Shown here in pieces: positions 37,498 to 47,579 of a stretch of 64,000 bases of DNA (its first letter is position 1; every line of letters begins with the position of its first letter). The stretch is from contig CAWIYV010000007.1 of the NCBI GenBank assembly GCA_963840455.1, positions 448,001 through 512,000 on the forward strand, given 5' to 3'. This stretch comes from Nitrospirota bacterium (GTDB lineage Bacteria > Nitrospirota > UBA9217). The notes under the pieces are model-generated. The model was not told the DNA's origin. It did no database searches and was given only the letters and a program-made list of their open reading frames with translations. A program made the translations under genes and the position numbers.

Positions 37498-37822
37498 GAT
37501 GCACCTATATAGAAGTTCATCTCGAGGCGATTGATGACCGAAAGCCGCATGACCTTGTCCACACCGGGGATGCGCCTGGCGATATCGAAGATGGATGATC
37601 CGGTAAAATACATCATTCGGTAGTTCGGAAAGGGACGATTCCAGCCTTGCACGATCTCCGAGGAGAGGTCCGTGTCGTCGATAGCCGCCGTCTGGAGAAA
37701 AGCGACCTCCGGAGGCCGGCAGGAATACCTACGGAGCAACGGCGGCGCAATGCTCCCAGCAGCCAGACGCCTGAGATGCCTACGTACTGGTCAATTATCC
37801 TCAACACGGAGTTGCCTCGTTC
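37494..37822 (-). pseudogene. Decayed 5' fragment of a GT9 (heptosyltransferase-like) gene
   Basis: ERGNSVLRIIDQYVGI…LLG, frameshift near 37740, then FLQTAAIDDT…FP…FTGSS…IPGVDKV (degenerate AAIGD motif); truncated at the GT4 start. Confidence 0.6.
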
Positions 37823-37844
37823 GGGATGCCGAGTGACGCGTATT

Positions 37845-39536
37845 CTACTCTTGTCCGATGTAGAAATTTGTCTCCAGATGCTCGCGATAGGGATAATCCA
37901 GGAACTCCCGGGAATAGTTCCGCTGTTTTTCGAACAGGAAGAATATCCCCCATGCCATGTTCGGGAACAGCCAGGCCAAGGGCCGCGCAATGACCGGTGG
38001 GAAAGGGTAAAAGTTGCTGCCGCCGAACTTCTTCAGCCGGTACCCGCCGGGAAAACAGCTTTCCATGAAGCTGATCATATCTCGTTTCGTATATCCGCGG
38101 ATATGCGCGGAATTGTTTTTCAGGGGACTCGGCTGTCTGCCGAACGCCAGCAATATCCGGTTGTGCAGAGATGCAAGATTGGGGACGCCCAGGATCATCT
38201 TGCCGCCCACGGGAAGGACGCGGCTGATCTCATGACAGATCCAGAAAAGCTCCTTTACGTGTTCCAAAACCTGATTCGCTATGACGACATCAACGGACCG
38301 GTCTGCAAACGGAAGTTTGTCCCGTTCTATGTTTATTGCATGGACGCGGATTCCCTTTTCCTGGAGCCTTGCTGCGTAGACCGGGTACACTTCCACGGCA
38401 TGGAGATCTGCATGCGGGTCAGTGCTTCGAGCAAGCATCAGATCATCTCCCTGCCCTGCCCCGATATCGAGGATTGTGTGAAAAGGCCCGGCTGCGGTCA
38501 AATAGTTTTTGATATGATGCCTGCCGTAGTTCAGGGAACGATCGATGAACTTCCAGGTAGTATAGTAATGCTCATGACACGTAGCGAGTGAAACGTTATC
38601 GGCCCTTTTGGCGATCAACATCACATTGTTGCCTCTGAACCAGGCGAACAGGAAGGGAAAACTCAGCAGCGCGAACGGTAATAACAGTATGTCGCGGATA
38701 AGCCTCGGTTTCAATCTGGATAAAACAAACCTGACCGCTGGCTTTTTCAGAATGTTCTCTTTTATGGTCCCCGGTTCCTGGATGGTCAGTCCTTTGCGGT
38801 ACATGCCGAGACTTTTGTAGATGATTACTCGAACCAGATAGCCCAAGAACATTCTGAATGAGCTGAACCGGGACCCGAGACGAACATCAATGACGTTGAA
38901 ACCATGCAGCGAGAAAAAGCTCTTTAAAGACCGCTCCGTCCATCGGGTCAGATGGTGCGGAGGATAGTCGTTGAACTCACGCAGGGGCCACTTGTCGCGG
39001 TATGGTACGCTGATGACGAGGGCGCCATCCTTTTTGAGAAACCGCGATAATCCCGCAAGAAATTTCATCGGGTTTTCCAGATGCTCAAGGACCTCGAAGG
39101 AGGTAATGACATCAAACTGGGATACGCCGGTCTTCTCCGCTACTTCCTGGAGCGCGCACCGGTACGTTGTTTTCAGCCCGAACAAACGCTTCCCCGCATC
39201 GATTGAGTCCTGTGAAAAATCTATGCCGAAGGCATGGAAGCCGTTTTGTTGCGCGTAATTGACGAATACGCCTTCTCCGCAACCTACATCCAGGAGTGTT
39301 CCCTTTGTAGGCGATTTTAAAATGGCCCATTTGTAGTAATCGCGAATGCTGGTATCAATAATGCTGTGCCGAATGATATATGCCGAATCGTACCAGTCAC
39401 TTCCCGGCGGCCGCATGGGATGCGAGAATTCCAGGTCGCAATGCGAGCATCGCATGATGTCGAATTCATCGATTTTTTCGGTTATTTGGAAGCCGCTGTT
39501 CGCTTCGCAACCAGGGCATACTGTTTCTTGACCCAT
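37845..39536 (-). CDS. Two tandem class I SAM methyltransferase domains (fused ORF, possibly two genes)
   Basis: CPGC…CSHC, LLDVGCGEG, FEVLEH, PPHHL; second domain ILDIGAGQG, NQVLEH, GVPNLASLHNR. Confidence 0.8.
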   Translation of the reverse strand: MGQETVCPGCEANSGFQITEKIDEFDIMRCSHCDLEFSHPMRPPGSDWYDSAYIIRHSIIDTSIRDYYKWAILKSPTKGTLLDVGCGEGVFVNYAQQNGFHAFGIDFSQDSIDAGKRLFGLKTTYRCALQEVAEKTGVSQFDVITSFEVLEHLENPMKFLAGLSRFLKKDGALVISVPYRDKWPLREFNDYPPHHLTRWTERSLKSFFSLHGFNVIDVRLGSRFSSFRMFLGYLVRVIIYKSLGMYRKGLTIQEPGTIKENILKKPAVRFVLSRLKPRLIRDILLLPFALLSFPFLFAWFRGNNVMLIAKRADNVSLATCHEHYYTTWKFIDRSLNYGRHHIKNYLTAAGPFHTILDIGAGQGDDLMLARSTDPHADLHAVEVYPVYAARLQEKGIRVHAINIERDKLPFADRSVDVVIANQVLEHVKELFWICHEISRVLPVGGKMILGVPNLASLHNRILLAFGRQPSPLKNNSAHIRGYTKRDMISFMESCFPGGYRLKKFGGSNFYPFPPVIARPLAWLFPNMAWGIFFLFEKQRNYSREFLDYPYREHLETNFYIGQE

Positions 39537-40933
39537 CCAACTATCTCCCTTCGGACCGGTGACGCAATGAACCAGAGAACCGACATGATAATAGCTGCTG
39601 AGATCGTTTCTGTCAATGATCGATGAAGCGCTATGAGCCACAGAAGCGTGGTGAGGCCGGCAGCCGCGAGCAGTACGGTGAGGTAGCCGAAGATCATGTT
39701 CGTGGCAATCCCGGCTTCACTGAGCTGCCGGATTAAAACCATGCAGGCAGCAAGAGCGACCCATTCAGTGATGGGAAGTCCGAAAAAGCCTGCTGAGCGT
39801 GTGAGGACGATCAAGACCGGCCAATAAAGAATGTTATAGACGCCATAAAAAAAGAAGGGCTTTTGCGCCCCGCCATGGGCGCTCATGAGAGAACTCAGAA
39901 TCATCATCATGGCCATGGCCAGATGGGGGAACATGATGATGACCATGACATCGGACATGGCGATCCACGTGCCGCCATAGACAACAGGGACCCAGCGGGG
40001 ACTCAACGCGACGATCAATCCCATAGCGGGCACCAGCATGAAATACAGGATATCCAGTATCTTTTTCAGACTACTTTGCAACTCGCTTACGGTCTTGTCT
40101 GTCCTTGAAAAAACGCTCATGGACAACCGGAAGGCTATTGTTACGAGCACTCTGGGGTATTCGACCGTCTTATAGGCAAGCTGCAATAGGCCGAGATCTC
40201 GAATCCCCAGAAATAAGCCTGCAACAACGGATCCACCATAAATAGGCAGCCACTGCAGGGCGATAAAGCTGGTATAGGGAAAGCTGAATTTCCCGATTTT
40301 TATTATGATCTCTCGGTCAAAGGAAAAATAGAGAGGTTCTGCAGCCTTCCTCAGCGCAACAAAGGTAGAGATGACCCCGCGGAAAAGATTTCCTGCCACG
40401 ATCCCCTGGTAGGGATGCCCGGCCAAGGCCAAGACGACAGCGATACCGTTAAACGTCAGGATATCGGAAAGCTCGGCAACGGCCGCAACGCTGTACTGGA
40501 GGTTTCGCTCGGAAAGACCGCAGGTCACGTAGCGCCATCCGTAAAAAAAGCCTCCCAGTACCGTCGAGGCCAGAAGCGGAAAAAGGTCCTGTGAAGATAG
40601 GCGGTTTGCAAGCACCGGCGAAAAAACAAGAATGAGCAGGGACCATGCAATGGACAGGAAGCTCTGAAACGAATAGCAGTTGCCGATCGTCTTCCTGTCA
40701 GGAACCGTCTCGCTCTGGATCAGGTAACCCCAGCATCCGTGGCTGAGGAGAGCGAACACGGTCAACACGACCTGAGAGACGGCAAAGATACCCCATAGTT
40801 CAGGACCGCCCTTTCGGGCGATGACGATCGTTCCGGCAATATTAATGAGAAAACCTATGCCGTACCTGAGGAAAAGCTGTCTGGCCCCTGCTTTTGCTGC
40901 AAGCCCGATATTTTCTTTGAGTTCGGAAACCAT
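39482..40933 (-). CDS. Oligosaccharide flippase (MOP/Wzx family)
   Basis: 483 aa, ~12-14 TM segments, SERNLQY and VVYGGTW patterns of WzxC-like flippases. Confidence 0.8.
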   Translation of the reverse strand: MVSELKENIGLAAKAGARQLFLRYGIGFLINIAGTIVIARKGGPELWGIFAVSQVVLTVFALLSHGCWGYLIQSETVPDRKTIGNCYSFQSFLSIAWSLLILVFSPVLANRLSSQDLFPLLASTVLGGFFYGWRYVTCGLSERNLQYSVAAVAELSDILTFNGIAVVLALAGHPYQGIVAGNLFRGVISTFVALRKAAEPLYFSFDREIIIKIGKFSFPYTSFIALQWLPIYGGSVVAGLFLGIRDLGLLQLAYKTVEYPRVLVTIAFRLSMSVFSRTDKTVSELQSSLKKILDILYFMLVPAMGLIVALSPRWVPVVYGGTWIAMSDVMVIIMFPHLAMAMMMILSSLMSAHGGAQKPFFFYGVYNILYWPVLIVLTRSAGFFGLPITEWVALAACMVLIRQLSEAGIATNMIFGYLTVLLAAAGLTTLLWLIALHRSLTETISAAIIMSVLWFIASPVRREIVGWVKKQYALVAKRTAASK

Positions 40934-40992
40934 TTACTATTCTTTACCCTTTGTCTCTCACTGCGTGAACGAAACATGGACAGGGAGGATAG

Positions 40993-41859
40993 TTATTTAG
41001 CAAGAAGCCAGATGCATTTATTAGCGAGCCGTGGGAGGGACCCGATCCATGCCAGGGGCCCCAAATTGCCGATCAGGATTTTATGGTTATGCAAATAATC
41101 CTTATACCATTGTCGCTTGTCTGAATCTCGACTGCCTCCCGTCGCCACTTCATGATGAACGACAATGGCATCGCCTACGTAGCGACCGAACATCCCTTTT
41201 TTTGCCAGGCGAAGCCCAAAATCAGCTTCAAAACCCCAGGCGTTTCCACGATAGGATTCCTTAAATCCGCCGATTCTCAGGAAAGCCTCTCTTTTCACCG
41301 CCATATTACAGGCACGGGGAGTATTGATTAGGCAGGTACCCGGTTGGTCGAAATTTCCGAAGATGAAACCTATTCTATTGGTCCATCCGATTATTCTGCC
41401 CCGGATCTTATTGTTCGAGGACAGGAACAGACCGCAGCACCACTCGACAAGGATCCGGTTCCATTCCGAGAATGCCGATTTCCCCTTGCGAGAACGAACC
41501 TCTCGTCCGCTTGTGTAGCATAGATCGACATCCGCGGCAAAAGCAGTCATGTGCGATTCAAACCAGCCGAAATGCGGTATCGCGTCGTCGTCGAGGAAAA
41601 TGATGATGTCGGCAGACGATGTGCGAACGCATCGGTTCATGGTCGCCGTGGTGCTTGGGGCATCCCGTTTCTCGATTCGCAGATGGGGATCACGCGCAAG
41701 TTCCGAGCTCCATGGTTCAGATGGCATTTCGCCCTGCAGGCCGAGGCAGATCGGCAGCCGCGGATAGAGTGTGCGGATCGTCCTGACGGTATCCTGTAAC
41801 ACTGAGATCCGGTTATAACTGGGTATGATGATCTCTACAGACAGGTTTGTTATCGCCAC
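40993..41859 (-). CDS. Glycosyltransferase family 2
   Basis: IIIPSYNR, FLDDDA, CNMAVKRE, EADFGLR. Confidence 0.88.
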   Translation of the reverse strand: MAITNLSVEIIIPSYNRISVLQDTVRTIRTLYPRLPICLGLQGEMPSEPWSSELARDPHLRIEKRDAPSTTATMNRCVRTSSADIIIFLDDDAIPHFGWFESHMTAFAADVDLCYTSGREVRSRKGKSAFSEWNRILVEWCCGLFLSSNNKIRGRIIGWTNRIGFIFGNFDQPGTCLINTPRACNMAVKREAFLRIGGFKESYRGNAWGFEADFGLRLAKKGMFGRYVGDAIVVHHEVATGGSRDSDKRQWYKDYLHNHKILIGNLGPLAWIGSLPRLANKCIWLLAK

Positions 41860-41950
41860 GTGACCGACTCTCCGACATCTGATCGGATACAGGATGTCCT
41901 ATTTCCGTTACCGGGTCTGAATGCCGTCGTGATCTGAATGCGCATCCCGC

Positions 41951-42826
41951 CTACCTCGACCGGAGATACGCGCTGACCCTGCGGGGCATGACCTTTTTGA
42001 GCAAGTTCTTGATGCATACGCCGGCCAGTTTCGTCAGATGGTAAAGGTCGATCATGACCGGATGATCGGTATAGTTTCGCGCGATGTGCCACTGGTCCAG
42101 AGACAGGCGGAGGTTCCGCGATGCCGAGAAGCCATCTGCGAGAACACGCGAGATCACGATCTGGGTTCGATGGAACCTGCGGCGCTGTTGATGCAATGAA
42201 TAGATGAATTCGTAATCAGCGGCGATACGGCTGGTGATATTGAACTTGTAACGCTTTATAAGCGAGGTCTTGACAAGCATGGCCTGATGAGAAAAAATCA
42301 TCCCCTTCCAGAGATCGCTGATCGGTCCCGCCGTGCGGATCGATCGGTAGCCACCCTCATAGTCCTCCTGGTGCCCGCCGTAGACCACCTCCGCGTCCGG
42401 CGGAATATCCTGGACGACGTTCTTGAGCACTTCGCTGTCGCAGAATACATCCCCGGCATTGAGGAAAAGCACCCATTCACCGCCGGCACGATCAACGCCC
42501 TTGTTCATGGCATCGTAGATCCCCTTATCGGGTTCGCTGGTCCAGTAGTCGATCTTCGTATCATACCGACGGACCACATCCAGCGTCCCATCGGCCGAGC
42601 CTCCATCGATGACGATGAACTCGACCTCATCATACGTCTGGCCAAGGACGCTCAAAATGGTCCTTTCGATGAGGTCTTTCGCGTTCCAAACCACGGTGAC
42701 AATACTAATGAGTTCCTTGCCTGCGGTCGATGGACGCGGTCCTGCCTGGCGCGTCCGTACGCCTCCCTCCACCCGGGTAAAAGCCGGGAGGGGGGGTTGA
42801 TCGCTGTGTATGATTGTTCGCAACAT
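41951..42826 (-). CDS. Glycosyltransferase family 2 (WfgS/WcaE-like)
   Basis: ISIVTVVWN, IDGGSADGT, SEPDKGIYDAMNKG, FLNAGD, HQA, ADYE. Confidence 0.92.
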   Translation of the reverse strand: MLRTIIHSDQPPLPAFTRVEGGVRTRQAGPRPSTAGKELISIVTVVWNAKDLIERTILSVLGQTYDEVEFIVIDGGSADGTLDVVRRYDTKIDYWTSEPDKGIYDAMNKGVDRAGGEWVLFLNAGDVFCDSEVLKNVVQDIPPDAEVVYGGHQEDYEGGYRSIRTAGPISDLWKGMIFSHQAMLVKTSLIKRYKFNITSRIAADYEFIYSLHQQRRRFHRTQIVISRVLADGFSASRNLRLSLDQWHIARNYTDHPVMIDLYHLTKLAGVCIKNLLKKVMPRRVSAYLRSR

Positions 42827-43166
42827 CAGTCGCTATTTCTCTGTCTCGATCGCCTAATGCTGCACGCGGCGCGATTTACTTCAATGGGTCGCTCTTGCTG
42901 GATCGAAGCAATGCATCGTATGCATTAGCCTGCGGTCCAAAAAAGACCATATTCCCTTTCTATCCAGACTTTCCATCCTATCTCGCGAAGGTATTTTGCA
43001 TACTGACCGATGTTGGCCATACAGAGAAGACGAGATCAACATGGTCATAGAATAAGATTCTTTGTAATCGTGCCGATTCGCAGGTATCAGGAGTGAATAT
43101 GAGTAATTCAATACCGAATGATCTGCTTATTTATCAGATGTTTATTTTGTTTGTTACAGTATTAAT

Positions 43167-44345
43167 TCAATTTACTTTCACAACGTGGTCCACGATGCTT
43201 CGCAAACGATCGTTAAACTGCAGTTGGCCCCATGAGGCTGCTTTCTGCCTTCCTCGCTCCTTGAGACGCGCACAAAGATTGTCATCGGTCCATAATGATT
43301 TAATGCATTGTGATATTTCCTCAAGCGATGAAGGATTGAAAAGCAGAGCTGCGTCTCCGACCTGATCTGGCATGCCATAGATACCGGATATGGCGACCGG
43401 ACAGCCGGCGACAAAAGCTTCCAAGGGAGGAATATTGGTCGGACCGAAAAAGGTCGGCATAATAAGCGCACGGGCACGACGGTAGAGCTCAGGAATGTCT
43501 TCATCGGGAACATATCCCAGAATAACCACATCGTCCGTCAATTTCAGTTCTTGGATAAGCTTTATCACGGATTGAAAACCGCTCTTGATTGAACCGGTAA
43601 GGACCAACTTGAGGTCCGGGATGCTGGGTTTTAACAGGCCCACTGCGGTGATTAATCGCTTATGATTCTTGTGCTCCCAGAACTGAGCAGGATAGAAAAT
43701 GAATTTTTGAGGAAGATGGTAACGACGGTCGAAACCTTCGGGAACTTGGTCCGCATAGATATAACGCGGCGCTACATAAGGCAGTACATGAATTCTGTCC
43801 TCGCGTAGTCCGTAGCTCTCCATCACGTGCTGTTTGCCGATGTCAGAGTCGACCAGGACGCCGCGTGCCCAAAAACAGGTATTGCGGCTGCCCCATTCCC
43901 TCATCCGGTACATGCCCGCAGCAGAGACTTCAGGGAATCTCGATTCGTAACGATGCATTAAATCATGTATTGATGCAAGCACAGGAACAGGCATTTGAAA
44001 ACTATAATCGTTTTGCGTCGGGATTATCCAGAGGTCGCAGCGAGCTGCAAGCAATGCTTTTGCAACAGGATGAAAATAAGGACATATGCGTCTCCAGATG
44101 GAAACGGGCAGCTGAAGCCACGACCAGGTCAACCTTGCAGCCCGGCCCCAAAATCCGTTCTTGATGAATATGGATTTGAGCTTTATGCCGCCCTGAAGAT
44201 GCTCCTCCCACAGTTTGGATGTATATGCAACGACGACAGAATGATTTTCATCCTGAAGGGCGTCAAGAGCAGCCAACATGGCCTGATTGTACTGGAACAT
44301 GCCTCCGGAATAAGGTTCGGTACCGAGAAAAAGACCGATATTCAT
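43167..44345 (-). CDS. GT4 glycosyltransferase
   Basis: IHDLMHR, FYPAQFWEHKNH, GPTNIPPLEA; ATG 44345 overlaps the upstream stop. Confidence 0.92.
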   Translation of the reverse strand: MNIGLFLGTEPYSGGMFQYNQAMLAALDALQDENHSVVVAYTSKLWEEHLQGGIKLKSIFIKNGFWGRAARLTWSWLQLPVSIWRRICPYFHPVAKALLAARCDLWIIPTQNDYSFQMPVPVLASIHDLMHRYESRFPEVSAAGMYRMREWGSRNTCFWARGVLVDSDIGKQHVMESYGLREDRIHVLPYVAPRYIYADQVPEGFDRRYHLPQKFIFYPAQFWEHKNHKRLITAVGLLKPSIPDLKLVLTGSIKSGFQSVIKLIQELKLTDDVVILGYVPDEDIPELYRRARALIMPTFFGPTNIPPLEAFVAGCPVAISGIYGMPDQVGDAALLFNPSSLEEISQCIKSLWTDDNLCARLKERGRQKAASWGQLQFNDRLRSIVDHVVKVN

Positions 44346-45100
44346 ATACGCACCACGAAGCACACTCCCCACGTAGCGAAACCAGGCTTGTTATCCGACA
44401 GCCATTCGAAACTGTTCACGAGACTCAACCCGTGGTTCGATAAAATGAGCTCTATTTCCGGAGTGAACAAATACCGCATACGATGCACTTCATGTATTTC
44501 TTCGACGTTCCCAGTTACCTTGTCCATTACGAACATATGATAGTTCACATCGACCCGGTTTTCCGCGGGATGCATCTCCGGTTCAGCGATGCGCGTAAGC
44601 CGTATACGCCCGTCTTCCAGTCGTTTCACGCGTACAGAAGGTTTTTGCGTTAGGACTGCCGGCCCATACCAGCAATCAAAGATAAAAATGCCGCCCGGAT
44701 TAAGATGCACCCTGGCCGTTTCAAATGACGCCGATAAATCTTCATTCGTGATCTGGTAGCTCATCACATGGAACATCGAGATCACAACATCAAATTGCTT
44801 ACCTGTCCTGACTGTTCTAATATCACCTGGTGCAAACGAAAGTTTTGCTTTTGGAACGTCTGCAATTCTTTGAGCGGCCAGAGCCAGCATTTCATGACTC
44901 TGATCTACGCCGTGCACTTCGTAGCCTTCCTTTGCCAAGAGGGATGCATGGATCCCGGTTCCGCAGCCTAGTTCAAGAATCGAACCGGCTTTTGGTGCAT
45001 ATTTCTGAATCAGACCCTGAATATAGTTCGACTCTTCTTCATAGGATTTATCCTTATACAGCAAATCGTAATACCGGGCATAGGAATTGAAGACGCTCAT
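44342..45100 (-). CDS. Class I SAM methyltransferase (sugar N-methyltransferase-like)
   Basis: YARYYDLLYKDKSY, ILELGCGTG, FHVMSY, GGIFIFD. Confidence 0.88.
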   Translation of the reverse strand: MSVFNSYARYYDLLYKDKSYEEESNYIQGLIQKYAPKAGSILELGCGTGIHASLLAKEGYEVHGVDQSHEMLALAAQRIADVPKAKLSFAPGDIRTVRTGKQFDVVISMFHVMSYQITNEDLSASFETARVHLNPGGIFIFDCWYGPAVLTQKPSVRVKRLEDGRIRLTRIAEPEMHPAENRVDVNYHMFVMDKVTGNVEEIHEVHRMRYLFTPEIELILSNHGLSLVNSFEWLSDNKPGFATWGVCFVVRI

Positions 45101-46212
45101 TTCATGATCTCCACGACTGCTGATGCCGCCTTTTCCATCTGCTCATTCGTAAGCGCTAGACCGCTCGGAATATAGAACCCTCTTCTCGCAAGGCGTTCCG
45201 CAACCGGATAGGACTGTCCATTAAACAGGCCGCTTGATCGAAACACCGGCTGTTCGTGCATCGGCCAGAAAAAAGGCCTCGTGCCCACGTCTTTATTGGC
45301 GAGACGCCGCATGGCTTCTTCTGCATCAAAAGAGACTTCATCATTCAGGATAAGTCCGTATACCCAGTAAATGTTCTCTGCATACTCCTTTTTTGAGAGG
45401 GGCAATTGAATTCCTGGAACGGCGGAAAGCAGTTCCGTATAGAGCTTGCCCATGTGTCTTTTTCGCGACACAAATTCAGGAAGCCGTTCGGTCTGCGCCA
45501 TACCGAGCGCGGCCTGCATATTGGTCATCCTGAAATTATATCCCAGCTCATCATGCACGAAACGTTTCTTCTGAAAACAGAGGTTTCTGAGAGAACGGCA
45601 CCTTTTGGCGAGTCGTTCATCATCAGTAACCAGCATCCCCCCCTCGCCGGTTGTAACATGCTTGTTCGGATAAAAGCTGAACGTACTGATGTCTCCGAAA
45701 CTACCGCACGGTCTGCCCATATAGGTCTGACCGTGCATCTGGGCGGCATCTTCGATGATGCGAAGTCCGTGCCTGGAAGCAAGGGAAAGGACAGCGTCCA
45801 TTTCGACGGGCAGGCCGTAAATATGCACGACCATAATGGCCTTCGTACGGGGAGTGATTTTTGCCTCGATCTGCAATACATCCATATTCCAGGTGTCCGG
45901 ATCGCTGTCCACAAGGACCGGAACGCATCCGCGACGAATCACGGCAGCGGCGCAGGAAATAATGGTGAAACTCGGCATGATGATCTCATCCCCTGGACGC
46001 AGTTCAAGCGCTGCGACAGCCACCTCTAAAGCTACCGTACCGTTGCAAACGGCAATACCGTACGTGCGGCCAGCCACTTGGGCCATGGTCTCCTCAAATC
46101 GTTGCACGAAGGGACCTTCAGACGAAATCCAGCCGGTATCAATGCACTCGACAAGGTATTTTTTTTCATTACCGTCCAGCAATGGCTCATTGACGGGTAT
46201 AAATTTGTTCAT
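45097..46212 (-). CDS. DegT-family aminotransferase (perosamine synthase-like)
   Basis: GWISSEGPFV, VHIYG, EDAAQMHG, FSFYPNKHVTTGEGGM, NFRMTN. Confidence 0.92.
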   Translation of the reverse strand: MNKFIPVNEPLLDGNEKKYLVECIDTGWISSEGPFVQRFEETMAQVAGRTYGIAVCNGTVALEVAVAALELRPGDEIIMPSFTIISCAAAVIRRGCVPVLVDSDPDTWNMDVLQIEAKITPRTKAIMVVHIYGLPVEMDAVLSLASRHGLRIIEDAAQMHGQTYMGRPCGSFGDISTFSFYPNKHVTTGEGGMLVTDDERLAKRCRSLRNLCFQKKRFVHDELGYNFRMTNMQAALGMAQTERLPEFVSRKRHMGKLYTELLSAVPGIQLPLSKKEYAENIYWVYGLILNDEVSFDAEEAMRRLANKDVGTRPFFWPMHEQPVFRSSGLFNGQSYPVAERLARRGFYIPSGLALTNEQMEKAASAVVEIMK

Positions 46213-46214
46213 GG

Positions 46215-46646
46215 TCAGTCCTTAATGATCGTTTTATCTTTCGAGATCCCGATAAATCGTGTCTTGTCCTGGTCCCCTGCATAGGGCCCCTGCTTCACTT
46301 CGATCATTTCTAATTCTTCCAACACGCTAAATCCATGGCCGCCTGTCGCCAGCAAAATTACGTCTCCCTCGTGCAGGATACGGCTTTCAAGATACATCTG
46401 GTGCTCATCATAAAAGTCGACCTGCAATTTCCCCCGTTTAACGAACAAAACCTCCTGTGTAAAATGCACTTCACGCGGCAAGGGATTATGCACATGCGGC
46501 GGTATCACTTTACCCACCGGGTGATGCATGTAGGCCAATTGCTGAGAAAGGTCATTTGGCGTGACAAAGCTGACTCCCGGACTGTTGAACGTCGTGCGGA
46601 TAATAATGGCCAGGAGCGTACCCTGATGCGTAATTTTCTCTATCAT
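46215..46646 (-). CDS. Cupin-fold protein of unknown function
   Basis: PHVH…QEVL and GGHGF metal-binding cupin motifs, EVKQGPY. Confidence 0.75.
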   Translation of the reverse strand: MIEKITHQGTLLAIIIRTTFNSPGVSFVTPNDLSQQLAYMHHPVGKVIPPHVHNPLPREVHFTQEVLFVKRGKLQVDFYDEHQMYLESRILHEGDVILLATGGHGFSVLEELEMIEVKQGPYAGDQDKTRFIGISKDKTIIKD

Positions 46647-47551
46647 AACGAAACTCCCTTTAACGTTCCCGCCAGTTTGTTCATAACGCGCTTCATAAGG
46701 CCGGGTCGTAACGATCGTAAGAATGAGCTTACTTCACCCCTGGCAAACTGATGTTCCTTCACGGGAATCGCTGCTACGTTCACCTTTGTCCCCGAGACTT
46801 TAGTAAAGAAGGCATTTGTTTTTCCGCCGTGCGTTCCGCTCGAGTCGTTGCCGATATTTTGAACAAGAGATATCCCTGGATAGAGTGTAAGTTTCCCTTT
46901 CAGAAAAGCTGAGGCGTACCAGCGAATTGCCCAGGAATTATTCTTGCCGTCTATCTGATCACGCAACATTTTCGTATAGGGATAGGCACCGTCGAAATCA
47001 AACGACCTTTCCAGGCCTCTTTCATGGATTGCAGCAAGAAGTTTCCTCCCATCCTGCTCGAATACATCCCAGCCTCTTTTCCAGGTCGCCCATCCCCAGC
47101 AATCGGCCCCCTTCAGGAAAAAAGTATCCGGCATCGGCATTTTCATCGGAAACAGATAACCATGAACACTGACCACGTCATGTACGTTCTCGTATAATTC
47201 CAAAGCATCATGCATATAGGTCAGGAAAAAAGGAGAAGAAACCATGTCGTCTTCCAGTACGACAATTCGCCCATAGGAACCGACAATCTCAGTCACCCCG
47301 GATATGATTGACTGAGCCAATCCGACATTTTGTTCCCTTTCACGCACAACGATTTTTTTAAATCCGGTTACTGATTTAAGATATTGTCTGAGTTCATCAA
47401 TCTTTTTAGCATCTCCGCCTGATCTTGGTCCGTCTGAAAAAATGAAAAGCAAGCTGTCGCCTGCCAGCTCATTCTTTTTCAAGGCCTCGACTGTTTGCAT
47501 CGTATGCCATAATCTATTATAAACAAATAACGCAACGGGCGCCAGTTGCAT
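46643..47551 (-). CDS. GT-A fold glycosyltransferase
   Basis: APVALFVYNR, FSDG, VLEDD, CWGWATW, SWAIRW, NIGNDSSGTH. Confidence 0.88.
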   Translation of the reverse strand: MQLAPVALFVYNRLWHTMQTVEALKKNELAGDSLLFIFSDGPRSGGDAKKIDELRQYLKSVTGFKKIVVREREQNVGLAQSIISGVTEIVGSYGRIVVLEDDMVSSPFFLTYMHDALELYENVHDVVSVHGYLFPMKMPMPDTFFLKGADCWGWATWKRGWDVFEQDGRKLLAAIHERGLERSFDFDGAYPYTKMLRDQIDGKNNSWAIRWYASAFLKGKLTLYPGISLVQNIGNDSSGTHGGKTNAFFTKVSGTKVNVAAIPVKEHQFARGEVSSFLRSLRPGLMKRVMNKLAGTLKGVSL

Positions 47552-47579
47552 CGATTAATCCTTCCTGTCTTTAAACAGA

